Source: Myxococcota bacterium
GTDB lineage: Bacteria; Myxococcota_A; Bradymonadia; UBA7976; UBA1532
Reading direction: 5' to 3'
Length of the DNA stretch: 64,000 nt
Assembly: GCA_036337435.1 (NCBI GenBank)
Contig: JAYZEG010000033.1
Span: forward strand, 24,744 to 88,743
The notes under the pieces are model-generated. The model was not told where the DNA came from and did no database searches. It worked only from the letters and a program-made list of their open reading frames with translations. Below, one piece after another: positions 50,857-59,841 of the stretch (its first letter is position 1; every line of letters begins with the position of its first letter). The translations under genes and the position numbers were made by a program.

Positions 50857-51404
50857 TCAAACCAACCCCCCCCAAGGGTCAGACAATTTATCGAGAGGAG
50901 AGATTTAGCCTTCGCTCTTGCGAACTGACCTTCGGAGCGGCACACATCGAACGCCGGGCCGTCGTTATCCATCATGGTTCCGTCGTCATCCTGCCCCTCA
51001 CCACCGACGGACAGGTGGTTCTGATCGAGAATAAACGATGGCAAATCGGGTGTCGGATTCTCGAACTTCCTGCCGGTACAATGGCCCGTGCTGAAGACCC
51101 AATCACTTGCGCCTCGAGAGAGCTATTGGAAGAAACCGGGTATCAGGCTGGGCAGCTGGACTACCTGCAGAGCATCTACGCCCTACCTGGCCTATCGACG
51201 GAGGTCATGCACATTTACGTTGCTCGCGACCTAGAATGGGTGGGTCAATCACTTGAACAAGACGAAGATATTCAAGTCCGTCTCACACCCCTTGAAGAGA
51301 TCCACCAACTCATCTTGGATGGAGCGATCTTGGACGGTAAAACGCTCGCCGTGTTGTCGTCATTCCTGCTGCGCCATGCAGACATCAAAGAAACGGCCGA
51401 GTAG
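50853..51404 (+). CDS. Nudix hydrolase, ADP-ribose pyrophosphatase (NudF-like)
   Basis: H.GSVVILP, ELPAG...E....ASRELLEETGY and ILDGKT. Confidence 0.85.
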   Translation: MIKPTPPKGQTIYREERFSLRSCELTFGAAHIERRAVVIHHGSVVILPLTTDGQVVLIENKRWQIGCRILELPAGTMARAEDPITCASRELLEETGYQAGQLDYLQSIYALPGLSTEVMHIYVARDLEWVGQSLEQDEDIQVRLTPLEEIHQLILDGAILDGKTLAVLSSFLLRHADIKETAE

Positions 51405-52109
51405 CACAGCACTTTCATCTTGGTCGGGTAAGAACATGTCCGCCTTACTCTCTGCCGATGGATCCAGACGCTTTGCAAAGCCCTGTCGATACGCAAGGTA
51501 GCGATAGCGAGCCTCTGCCCCAGTCATATCGGGATGAAATTGGACGGAGTAGACCCGTGTTCCTCGTACGTGAAACGCCTGAGTCTTCGTGGCCGCGTTA
51601 CTGGCCAATAGGTCGACGCCTACCGGAACCCCGCTGACATGGTCGCTATGTCCAGAATGAACATGAAACCGCCCCTGAAATTGACTGAACAAGGCCGACC
51701 GTCGACCCGCCTCCGTGAGTTCAACGTGTACGGTTCCTAACTCTGCATGGCTCGGATCTGTAATCACTGGCCTACCCAAATGCTGCCCCAGAAGCTGATG
51801 CCCAAAACAGATGGCGAAACAGGGTATATCGTTGTTCAAAATACCGTCCAAGACCAGACGCAATGGGGTCACCCAGGGTTGAGATTTTGGATGATGAACA
51901 CTGAAATCACCGGAGCCACCAATAACAACACCATCGACACCATCAAGCCAATTGGCATTGGCGACATCCACGAGCGCATTGCGACGAGCCAATTCAATCT
52001 GGCGGTCGCCGAATCGCATGCTCACACACGCGACCTCATGATCCAGCATGGGGTCATCTGGAGCACGAACTTGAATCAATAATACGCGTTTTTCTTGATC
52101 GTCTGTCAT
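51360..52109 (-). CDS. Stand-alone class I glutamine amidotransferase
   Basis: IGGSG, AICFGHQLL, HSDHV and VQFHPD. Confidence 0.85.
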   Translation of the reverse strand: MTDDQEKRVLLIQVRAPDDPMLDHEVACVSMRFGDRQIELARRNALVDVANANWLDGVDGVVIGGSGDFSVHHPKSQPWVTPLRLVLDGILNNDIPCFAICFGHQLLGQHLGRPVITDPSHAELGTVHVELTEAGRRSALFSQFQGRFHVHSGHSDHVSGVPVGVDLLASNAATKTQAFHVRGTRVYSVQFHPDMTGAEARYRYLAYRQGFAKRLDPSAESKADMFLPDQDESAVLLGRFFDVCMAQQE

Positions 52110-52167
52110 AGCACTCTCGATGAAACGTAGGGGCTAATGTACGACAAGGTGAGCGTTTCGTCCAGAT

Positions 52168-53430
52168 TCAGCCCCGCGGTGATTCCATGTCCTTATCGGC
52201 AATCCGCTGTTTGTAGAGGGGAAGAATACGTGCTGTCAGCCAAAGCCAACCGATCACGGCGAGAACCGAGATACCCACAAGTAATTCGGGCGATGAACTG
52301 AAGCTTCCGAGAGCGATCAGTAATGCAGCCGCGCTCGCTTTGGCAACCCGATAGATCATCATATCGATCACCGCTTTGCCCTGCGCGCGTTCTCGATGAC
52401 TCAATGGGAGATAGAGTGCTTCCTTGGCCGTTCGATAAACCGAGTAGTCCATGGATTTCCCAGCGATGAACGCAAAGGAGATGAGGCCTACGGTTGGTAT
52501 GGCGGCAAAGGCACTCAGGCAGACGAGCAGAATGACCGGGACGCCCCCGAGAACTCCACCGATGCCGATGACTGAAATGATTAGGCCACCGCCCAACTGC
52601 ATGCAGAGGGCAGCTGCATCGATGTACCCATACACGGTCCCAAAAGCTGCCGTCTTATCTTCGCTGCTCGGGTAGTTGGACTCAATCATTGCAGTCAACT
52701 GAAAATCGACCAGGTTTAAGGCGAGCTGAATCAGAGCAATAATGCCCAAAAGATAAAGTAGATACTTGGTTCGAAGCACCAATTTGAACCCCGATGCGAA
52801 ATCGATGGGTGCCTTTTCGGCGCCTCGCTCATCAGGCTTAATGTTTGGCATGGCACTGATCAAACCAGCTGTGACCAAGAGCATCGGCAGCACAAGCCAG
52901 GGTGCATGACCCGTCCCTAATTGGTCAGCCAGACCACCGACTGAGAAGTTTGCGGCCATACCGCCCAAGGTGCCTACACTCAAGAAAACCCCATAAATCC
53001 ACTTGGCGGTTTTCAGTTGAAAGACTGAATTTGCGAAGGTCCAAAACATCTCGATGAGCACAACAATATAGACGTCTTTCCAGACGAAAAGCAGAAAAAC
53101 GGCCCAAGTAAGCCCCGAATGATACAGAAGCAAACCAATGACGAGGACAACGCAAATCCACAGGACGGCCCGCTGGTACAATTTCTTTAATTCCATGCGA
53201 GCGGCCGCCCGGCTGTAGATGGCAACGGTCAACGTGACGCCGATTGCAACGAAGATCCATGCATACGGTACAGCGTCTTTTCCGTAATGATCGACCAACA
53301 GGGCTTTGAGAGATGGCCGTGCGATTGCGTAGCTGCCAAGGACGAGAAACGAGCAGGCACTGAGCACCCAGATCATCGTTTTATTTGGCTTCACCGGCTG
53401 GGTATCAACGGGCTTCTCTGCGACGTGCAT
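52168..53430 (-). CDS. NTT/TLC (Npt1/Npt2-like) nucleotide transporter family MFS protein
   Basis: SYAIARP, FWTFANSVF...AKWIYG and DYSVYRTAKEALYLPL...R.QGKAVID...R. Confidence 0.78.
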   Translation of the reverse strand: MHVAEKPVDTQPVKPNKTMIWVLSACSFLVLGSYAIARPSLKALLVDHYGKDAVPYAWIFVAIGVTLTVAIYSRAAARMELKKLYQRAVLWICVVLVIGLLLYHSGLTWAVFLLFVWKDVYIVVLIEMFWTFANSVFQLKTAKWIYGVFLSVGTLGGMAANFSVGGLADQLGTGHAPWLVLPMLLVTAGLISAMPNIKPDERGAEKAPIDFASGFKLVLRTKYLLYLLGIIALIQLALNLVDFQLTAMIESNYPSSEDKTAAFGTVYGYIDAAALCMQLGGGLIISVIGIGGVLGGVPVILLVCLSAFAAIPTVGLISFAFIAGKSMDYSVYRTAKEALYLPLSHRERAQGKAVIDMMIYRVAKASAAALLIALGSFSSSPELLVGISVLAVIGWLWLTARILPLYKQRIADKDMESPRG

Positions 53431-54869
53431 TAGCCGTCAACTCCATGACTGTCCGAACCAGAGTCCGCAACCCGAACCGGGCCTGGAGTGGCCCGACCGC
53501 GATCGACTGCGCGTCGCAGTGCATAGAGTCCAATGCCAAGAGCGACGAAGTAGAGTCCCATTACAATTCGTGCCATCGGTGTATTAAACAGGAGCCAACA
53601 ACACAATCCGATGGCGACCAATGGAATCGCTGGGCCACCCGGAACGCGAAAAGCCCCCTCCGACTCAGCCGGATCGCCATCTGACATGCGCCTGAGCACT
53701 AAGACGGCAAGACATGTCGGAATGTATTGGAGAAATCGGGCGACCACACCGACCACAGCCAGCTCGGCAAATGAACCGCTCAGACACAGCACACTGGCCA
53801 GAGCCCAGGTGAGGACAATGGCGGCTCGCGGTGTCCCTGACTGACCATCTAAGCGCGCGAATAAACGAGGCAGGTCGCCGCGTTCTGCCATGGCGAAAAA
53901 ACGACGTGGACTGACGAAAGCCGCCCCCGCATTGGTCCCAAATACTGAAATGGCGATTCCAATCGCGATAATCATACCGCCATTGGCCCCCATAAACTCG
54001 TGGGCACTGGCGGCAACCGGATTAGGATGCCCAGGGAGACCATCTAAAGTTCCAATGGCGACGCTCAGAACACCCACGTACACGATGGTGACAACCGCCA
54101 TCACCACCAACAAAGCAAGGGGGACATTCCGCTTTGGGTTTTCCATTTCACCCGCAGGGACAACCAATGTTTCAAATCCGACATACGCGTAGAGGAGAAC
54201 CATTGTCGCTTCGCCAAAACTGCCCCATCCCTCAGGGGCAAAATCTGAGAAACGGCCCCCTTCAATAAAGAAGAGTCCGACCAAAACAAACAGGAGCATG
54301 GGTGCAAGTTTTGCAACAGAAAACACTGTGGAGATGGCCGCACCCTGGCGGGCACCAAAGAGATTGACCACCATGAGCGCGGTCATGACCATGATAGCGA
54401 CGGTCTTTTGGAACACATCAGCGGAATTGCTGGCATTAACCCAAGGAACAACGCCGGTAAACCAATCGACTGCGCCCTGCCAATAGGTCGGCATAAGTCC
54501 CGATAGAACCACCATCAAACCATTAGCCAAAGCCGCCCATGAAATGACCGCAATACAGCAGGTGATCCACCCCACTTGAAAGCCAACAAATTCCCCGTAT
54601 GCACGCCGAGCATAAACATAGGCCCCGCCGGTTTCATCAAAGCGGCTCGCCACTTCGGCGAAACACAGCGCGATGAGGAAACAGAGCACCCCCCCAAAAA
54701 TAAGCGAAACCAGGGATGCGGGCCCTAAGAAGCCAGCTGCCTTTCCAGGCAATAAGAAGATACCCTGACCGATAACACCATTGATGCCGAGTGCCACAAC
54801 AGCCGTAAAGGACAAGCTTCGTTTAAGTGAGGCTGTGTTTTGGTCCTCATTCATAAGTCGTGTCCTCAT
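53430..54869 (-). CDS. APC-family amino acid permease
   Basis: GINGVIGQGIF, TGGAYVYA, YAYVGFE and GEMENPKRNVP. TAATG overlap with the NTT-like gene. Confidence 0.92.
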   Translation of the reverse strand: MRTRLMNEDQNTASLKRSLSFTAVVALGINGVIGQGIFLLPGKAAGFLGPASLVSLIFGGVLCFLIALCFAEVASRFDETGGAYVYARRAYGEFVGFQVGWITCCIAVISWAALANGLMVVLSGLMPTYWQGAVDWFTGVVPWVNASNSADVFQKTVAIMVMTALMVVNLFGARQGAAISTVFSVAKLAPMLLFVLVGLFFIEGGRFSDFAPEGWGSFGEATMVLLYAYVGFETLVVPAGEMENPKRNVPLALLVVMAVVTIVYVGVLSVAIGTLDGLPGHPNPVAASAHEFMGANGGMIIAIGIAISVFGTNAGAAFVSPRRFFAMAERGDLPRLFARLDGQSGTPRAAIVLTWALASVLCLSGSFAELAVVGVVARFLQYIPTCLAVLVLRRMSDGDPAESEGAFRVPGGPAIPLVAIGLCCWLLFNTPMARIVMGLYFVALGIGLYALRRAVDRGRATPGPVRVADSGSDSHGVDG

Positions 54870-54903
54870 ACCCGTTGAGCTGTTTTAAGAGTGGGTTTCG
54901 CAG

Positions 54904-56184
54904 TCAGTTTCGCCGATATTTTGCAGGGTTTAAGCCCTCTTTTGAGACCCACCTGTACGCTTGCTGTCGATGGACACCAAGGTCGCGAGCAACCTTTGAC
55001 ATGTTCCCGCCGTGAATACGCAGAAGGTCTTCAAGCTTCGAAAGCGAAGGTGGCCCAGATGGCTCGTTGGCTGTACTTCCCGTTACATGACTCGGCAGGT
55101 GCGAGGGATGCACGGACCCAGCCTGCTGCGCAAATAATCGAACGTACTCAGCGACGTTCTTTAACTCCCGTACATTTTCTTTCCACTTATACAGGAGAAG
55201 CCGCTCGGCAACCGTGATGCCGAAGGGGATGCCTTCGACGAAGTCGTCGAATAGCGCGAGTATCTCATCGCGTCTCCGACTCAGCGCCGGGAGTTGAATC
55301 GTGACCCCCCTCAATCGTGCCAAAAGATCTGTTCGAAATGTTCCAGCGGTGCACATAGAGTCTAGGTCCGTGTGGGTCGCTGCAACAATGCGTACGTTGA
55401 CAGATTGGTCTCGGTCAGCACCGACTGGACGAATTCGCCCGGTCTCGCATGCACGGAGCAACGCTGGCTGTTGCTCGAGGGGCAACTCTGCAATTTCATC
55501 GAGGAATAGAGTCCCTCCGTCGGCAGCCGCAAATAAACCTGTCCGCGAAGATTGGGCGCCCGAATAGGCCCCCTTGACGTGCCCAAACAGCTCACTGCCA
55601 AGCAATTCACTGCTCAATGCACCACAATTAAGCGATACCAAACGACCCTTGCGTCGGCTCATGACGTGTATACGCTCGGCCATTCGCTCTTTACCTGCAC
55701 CGGTTGGACCGTAAATTAACACCGGCAAATCGGAACTCGCAGCGCGATCGGCAATGCCTTCGACAATGGCCCGCGCCAAGCTCAGACGAGGCGATAAACT
55801 TGGAATCGGTGTACCTGGCCCTAAGGCAGCTCGAACGTAAACAAAGATACTTCGACCTGTACGAATAACGCTGCCGTCCTCGAGCTTAGCACTGCTGACT
55901 CTGCTCCCATTGAGGAAAGTCCCGTTGCTGCTGTCCAGGTCGGAGACCATATGTGCATTCGACCGCCTATCAAAACTAACCATGGCGTGGCGACGACTCG
56001 CCTCACCATCAGCGATAGTGAGACCGTTCCGATCGTTAGGTGCTCGCCCGATGACCAGTTCGGACGAACCAATAGCGATCACCCGCGCTTCATTGATGGG
56101 ATAGACTTGGCGCAGCAAATAAACAGCACGGATGATACCCATCTCACCCGTTGCCATTGGCGGTTTGGTAACTGGCTGGTTCAC
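54904..56184 (-). CDS. FHA-domain sigma54 enhancer-binding protein with a Fis-type HTH
   Basis: FHA motifs IGR..SRRHA..DLDSSNGTFLNG. AAA motifs GPTGAGKE, SELFGHVKGAYSGA, LFLDEI and W.ENVREL. HTH GNMSKVARDLG. The start codon is uncertain. Confidence 0.92.
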   Translation of the reverse strand: MNQPVTKPPMATGEMGIIRAVYLLRQVYPINEARVIAIGSSELVIGRAPNDRNGLTIADGEASRRHAMVSFDRRSNAHMVSDLDSSNGTFLNGSRVSSAKLEDGSVIRTGRSIFVYVRAALGPGTPIPSLSPRLSLARAIVEGIADRAASSDLPVLIYGPTGAGKERMAERIHVMSRRKGRLVSLNCGALSSELLGSELFGHVKGAYSGAQSSRTGLFAAADGGTLFLDEIAELPLEQQPALLRACETGRIRPVGADRDQSVNVRIVAATHTDLDSMCTAGTFRTDLLARLRGVTIQLPALSRRRDEILALFDDFVEGIPFGITVAERLLLYKWKENVRELKNVAEYVRLFAQQAGSVHPSHLPSHVTGSTANEPSGPPSLSKLEDLLRIHGGNMSKVARDLGVHRQQAYRWVSKEGLNPAKYRRN

Positions 56185-56259
56185 ATCGCGGAGGGTAACA
56201 CAGAAATACCCGACTCGTCGAACAAGCTGCTACGCTTTATATTCCTTTCGAAAACGACC

Positions 56260-57336
56260 TTATCTCGACTCGGACAAAGCGGTCTCGAATGAGTTGAGTT
56301 TGAGGATCTCCACCGAATCGGCTGGCCAATAATTAAGACCCGAGTCAACCATCCAAAGACATGCATCATCAACATTGGGCTCAAGAGCCCCAAGCCCATA
56401 GGAGGGCCCGTCTGTAGATACGGTTAATGTTCTTAAAGCACCATAGTTCGGGTCCAAATGGGCTGCGAGTTCAGGCATTAATTTCTGACATTTCTTATGC
56501 TGTGTGTGGCCACATACCTGATGAAGACCCTTGGGTAAGTCGTGAATGTTGAAGCGACGAAGCGCACCATCTGGCCCCCTTGCTGCCGAGGACTTGGTGG
56601 TTGGTCGATGGTATAAAAGGCCGCGTCCTTCGAGTCCGGGTCGGCCTGCATAGTGCAAGGGCGTTAAATCTAAAGCCGCGGCCTCGCCCTGACGCCACGC
56701 ATCAGCCACAGCATCTACGGCTCGATCTAAGAAATCATTGAGCGCACGTGCAATGACCTTGGGTGACAGGTCATGACAACCGAGTAAATCTAATTCGCGA
56801 TTGGTCACGCCTGCATGCGTGACCAAAACAGGGTGACCAAACTCGCTCAGACCAACACAGGCGAGCCGAAATCGTCTTTGGAGCAGAAGGGTCTGGACCA
56901 ACCTTCTCTGCCGAACCGTAAACGCCGAGAAATCCCGCTGAGCGACGCCAAGTGCCGGAAGGTCCGGAAACCGCTTAAAGAAGGTATCCTCATCACCTTG
57001 GTCAGCGACAGCTCGAGCATCGGAAAATGCCGCATCGGTCATACGGTAGAGCTCCATCACTCGGCACACATCGTGGTTTCCCATGATCATAACCACTTGT
57101 TCCCTGGGGTGTGCCATGAGCCACTCCAGAATCTTGACCCCCTCAAGCTGAGCTTGTTCAAGCGCCACGCCATCGCGGCCAAAATCAAAATAATCGCCAA
57201 TGGTGATCAAACCAACATCAGGCCTCAACTCAGCGTTTGTGCAAAGCAAATCATGGTGCTTTAAAACCGAGAGAAATTGCTCAAACGTAGTCTGCGGATC
57301 GCCGATGACACCAATCCGGTTAAACTTTGATTTCAT
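56260..57336 (-). CDS. Calcineurin-like metallophosphoesterase
   Basis: IGDPQ, IGDYFD, GNHD, THAG and CGHT. ATGA overlap with the upstream gene. Confidence 0.8.
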   Translation of the reverse strand: MKSKFNRIGVIGDPQTTFEQFLSVLKHHDLLCTNAELRPDVGLITIGDYFDFGRDGVALEQAQLEGVKILEWLMAHPREQVVMIMGNHDVCRVMELYRMTDAAFSDARAVADQGDEDTFFKRFPDLPALGVAQRDFSAFTVRQRRLVQTLLLQRRFRLACVGLSEFGHPVLVTHAGVTNRELDLLGCHDLSPKVIARALNDFLDRAVDAVADAWRQGEAAALDLTPLHYAGRPGLEGRGLLYHRPTTKSSAARGPDGALRRFNIHDLPKGLHQVCGHTQHKKCQKLMPELAAHLDPNYGALRTLTVSTDGPSYGLGALEPNVDDACLWMVDSGLNYWPADSVEILKLNSFETALSESR

Positions 57337-58103
57337 GAACCACACTCTGCGTGAACAAGTCGACGGAACGCACGATGCAGCCGCGCACCGATCGGACCAT
57401 GTCCAGTCAATGGGCGCCCATTACACTCAACCACTGGTGATAATTCTTTTAGAGTCGATGCGAGATAGAGTTCATCGAATGAGCTGTCTACCGGGATAGC
57501 CGCCTCGGCGACATCGATCTGTGCGGCCTTTGCAGCATCCATGAGGGCCTCGCGAGTCACCCCAGCAAGCTGCCGTCCATCCAATGGCGGCGTGATTAAT
57601 CGACCCTCGATGACGGCGAAAACGTTCGAGCGATTGGCCTCTAGAATATGACCGTCTGGATCGACCAGCAAGACCTCATCGACCTGTGCTTTTCGCGCAG
57701 CCAATAGCCAGGCCGCGCGGCACCCATGCTTAACGGCACCAGGCAAAGACGGTGGATTAACCCAAGAAAGAGAGGCCACCCGCACGACACGACCCGCGGT
57801 TCCAGACTCGATGGCCTTGCGCTGAAGGATAATGTTTCCGCCAGCCGTGACAGTGTATCGTATGGACACATTGCCCTGGCAAGCCGACCTAATTTCCCGT
57901 CTGACTTGAACGATGGGTGGCAGGTCCAGGCCCATCGCGTCAGCGGACCGTTGCAGACGCAGAAGATGGGCATCAAATCGGAAAGGCACGCCATCATAGG
58001 TCCGAAGGGTTTCAAAAGCTGTTAAGCCAAAAAGCAGCCCAGGGTCGTCGCCTGGCACCTGGCCTCCCTCGCGACCATTGACCCATATGGTTGACTTACT
58101 CAC
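57333..58103 (-). CDS. PLP aminotransferase class IV (ADC lyase / D-amino acid / BCAT family)
   Basis: G..AFET.R, HLLRL..SA, VKH, E....NVF and LAGVTR. The GTG at 58103 is preferred. Confidence 0.88.
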   Translation of the reverse strand: MSKSTIWVNGREGGQVPGDDPGLLFGLTAFETLRTYDGVPFRFDAHLLRLQRSADAMGLDLPPIVQVRREIRSACQGNVSIRYTVTAGGNIILQRKAIESGTAGRVVRVASLSWVNPPSLPGAVKHGCRAAWLLAARKAQVDEVLLVDPDGHILEANRSNVFAVIEGRLITPPLDGRQLAGVTREALMDAAKAAQIDVAEAAIPVDSSFDELYLASTLKELSPVVECNGRPLTGHGPIGARLHRAFRRLVHAECGS

Positions 58104-58117
58104 AACAGGCGTACCCC

Positions 58118-59746
58118 TCACGCGTTCTGAGGCGACGCACGGCGCAACACCGCATCGATATCGATGTCTTGCGCAAGTGTACCAAAACACGCGAACCGAT
58201 CCGGGCTCAATCTTGACTGCACAAATGCGTCCGCGATGGCGTCATCACCCGTTGTGATGAGAATGGATCCTTGAAGAGCCAATGCGAGCATTTCGACAAA
58301 TCGCCTGGCGTCACTCTGACCGATTGCACCTTGAGCGAGACTGTCGATCCGATTGAGCAGTTGATCATAGTGTGCGTGAGCACCCCGTGCCCTATCCAAT
58401 TGGTGGCGAAGTGCAGAAAACGCATCGGGTTCTTTGACCAGTGCTCGGAGGACATCGAGACAAATCACATTGCCAGAGCCTTCCCAAATCGAATTGAGAG
58501 GCGCCTCCTTATACAAACGGCCGATGCTGTGCTCTGTAATGTACCCGTTACCACCATGAGATTCCATCGCTTCATAGGCAACCCACGGCACCCGCTTGCA
58601 GACCCAATATTTTCCAATAGCAGTCGCGATGCGAGCAAACTGAGCTTGGACAGGATCTGTGCTTCCCAACTCATATGCCCGCGCCAATTTAAAGCCCAGT
58701 GCCGTCGCTGCCTCGGCTTCGATGGCAATGTCAGCCAACACATTTCGCATGAGCGGTTGGTCGATCAACGCCTTACCGAATGCATATCGATGTCGAGCAT
58801 GATGACTCGCCTGTGCGACGGCCTGTCTCATCAGACCCGCACTGGCAACCACGCAATCGAGTCGCGTGTGAGCGACCATGTCAATGATCGTTCTAACGCC
58901 TCGTCCCGGTGCACCTAAGCGCAGCGCGTAAGCCTGGTCATATTCGATCTCACTTGACGCATTTGACCGATTGCCAACCTTATCTTTTAAGCGCTGTAAA
59001 TTCATACTGTTTGGCTTATCGTCTGGCATCCAGCGCGGTACGATAAAGCACGATAAGCCGTCGTCATCATAGGCCAGTGTCAGAAATAAATCTGACATAG
59101 GTGCTGAACAAAACCACTTGTGGCCAACCAGCCGATAACTTCCGTCAGCTTGGCGAATGGCGCGGGTCGCGTTGGCCCTCACGTCCGAGCCACCCTGTTT
59201 TTCAGTCATTGCCATGCCGGCGGTGTTAGCACTTTTCAAGGCCGCAGGCCGATTGCTGGAATCATAGTGATTCGACGTGAGTCTCGGAATCCATTCTGCT
59301 GCGATACCAGCATCATGTCTCAAGGCAGGAATTGAGGCGAAGGTCATCGTGATTGGGCAGCCATGTCCGGCCTCGACTTGGCTCATCATATAATTCTTGG
59401 CTGCTCGAACAACCAAGCGACCGTCTTTCTCGACCCGCCACGGCATCGAATGCAATCCGTGAGCCATGCTCGTGGACATTAAATGGTGATAACTCGGATG
59501 ATATTCGACCACATTGACCCGGTGGCCAAAACGGTCAAATGCCTTGAGAATCGGGGGGTTTTCGTTCGCGAGGCGTCCATGCTCTTGCATGTCTGCAGAG
59601 CCAACCAATTGCCCAAACTCCGTCAACGAATCAGCCCCCCATTGGCCCCCTTCCCTCGTGACTGCATCTCTCAGTGCACGGTCAGACGTATAGAGATTGT
59701 AATCATGGAGTGGGGGGACTTGATTTTTTACTTCATGAGTCGGCAT
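58118..59746 (-). CDS. aidB: AidB-like acyl-CoA dehydrogenase
   Basis: THEV.NQ.PPL..YNLY, GHGCPITMT, MTEKQGGSDV, RLKDK.GNRSNASSE and NSIWEGSGN. Confidence 0.9.
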   Translation of the reverse strand: MPTHEVKNQVPPLHDYNLYTSDRALRDAVTREGGQWGADSLTEFGQLVGSADMQEHGRLANENPPILKAFDRFGHRVNVVEYHPSYHHLMSTSMAHGLHSMPWRVEKDGRLVVRAAKNYMMSQVEAGHGCPITMTFASIPALRHDAGIAAEWIPRLTSNHYDSSNRPAALKSANTAGMAMTEKQGGSDVRANATRAIRQADGSYRLVGHKWFCSAPMSDLFLTLAYDDDGLSCFIVPRWMPDDKPNSMNLQRLKDKVGNRSNASSEIEYDQAYALRLGAPGRGVRTIIDMVAHTRLDCVVASAGLMRQAVAQASHHARHRYAFGKALIDQPLMRNVLADIAIEAEAATALGFKLARAYELGSTDPVQAQFARIATAIGKYWVCKRVPWVAYEAMESHGGNGYITEHSIGRLYKEAPLNSIWEGSGNVICLDVLRALVKEPDAFSALRHQLDRARGAHAHYDQLLNRIDSLAQGAIGQSDARRFVEMLALALQGSILITTGDDAIADAFVQSRLSPDRFACFGTLAQDIDIDAVLRRASPQNA

Positions 59747-59841
59747 CGGCAGTAAACCTCCAATGTTTCGTACACACTCAAATTAAACCATCATCCTGAT
59801 TTGAGTTTCAATGTCAGTGTCGCCGGTCACGACCCAATCTC

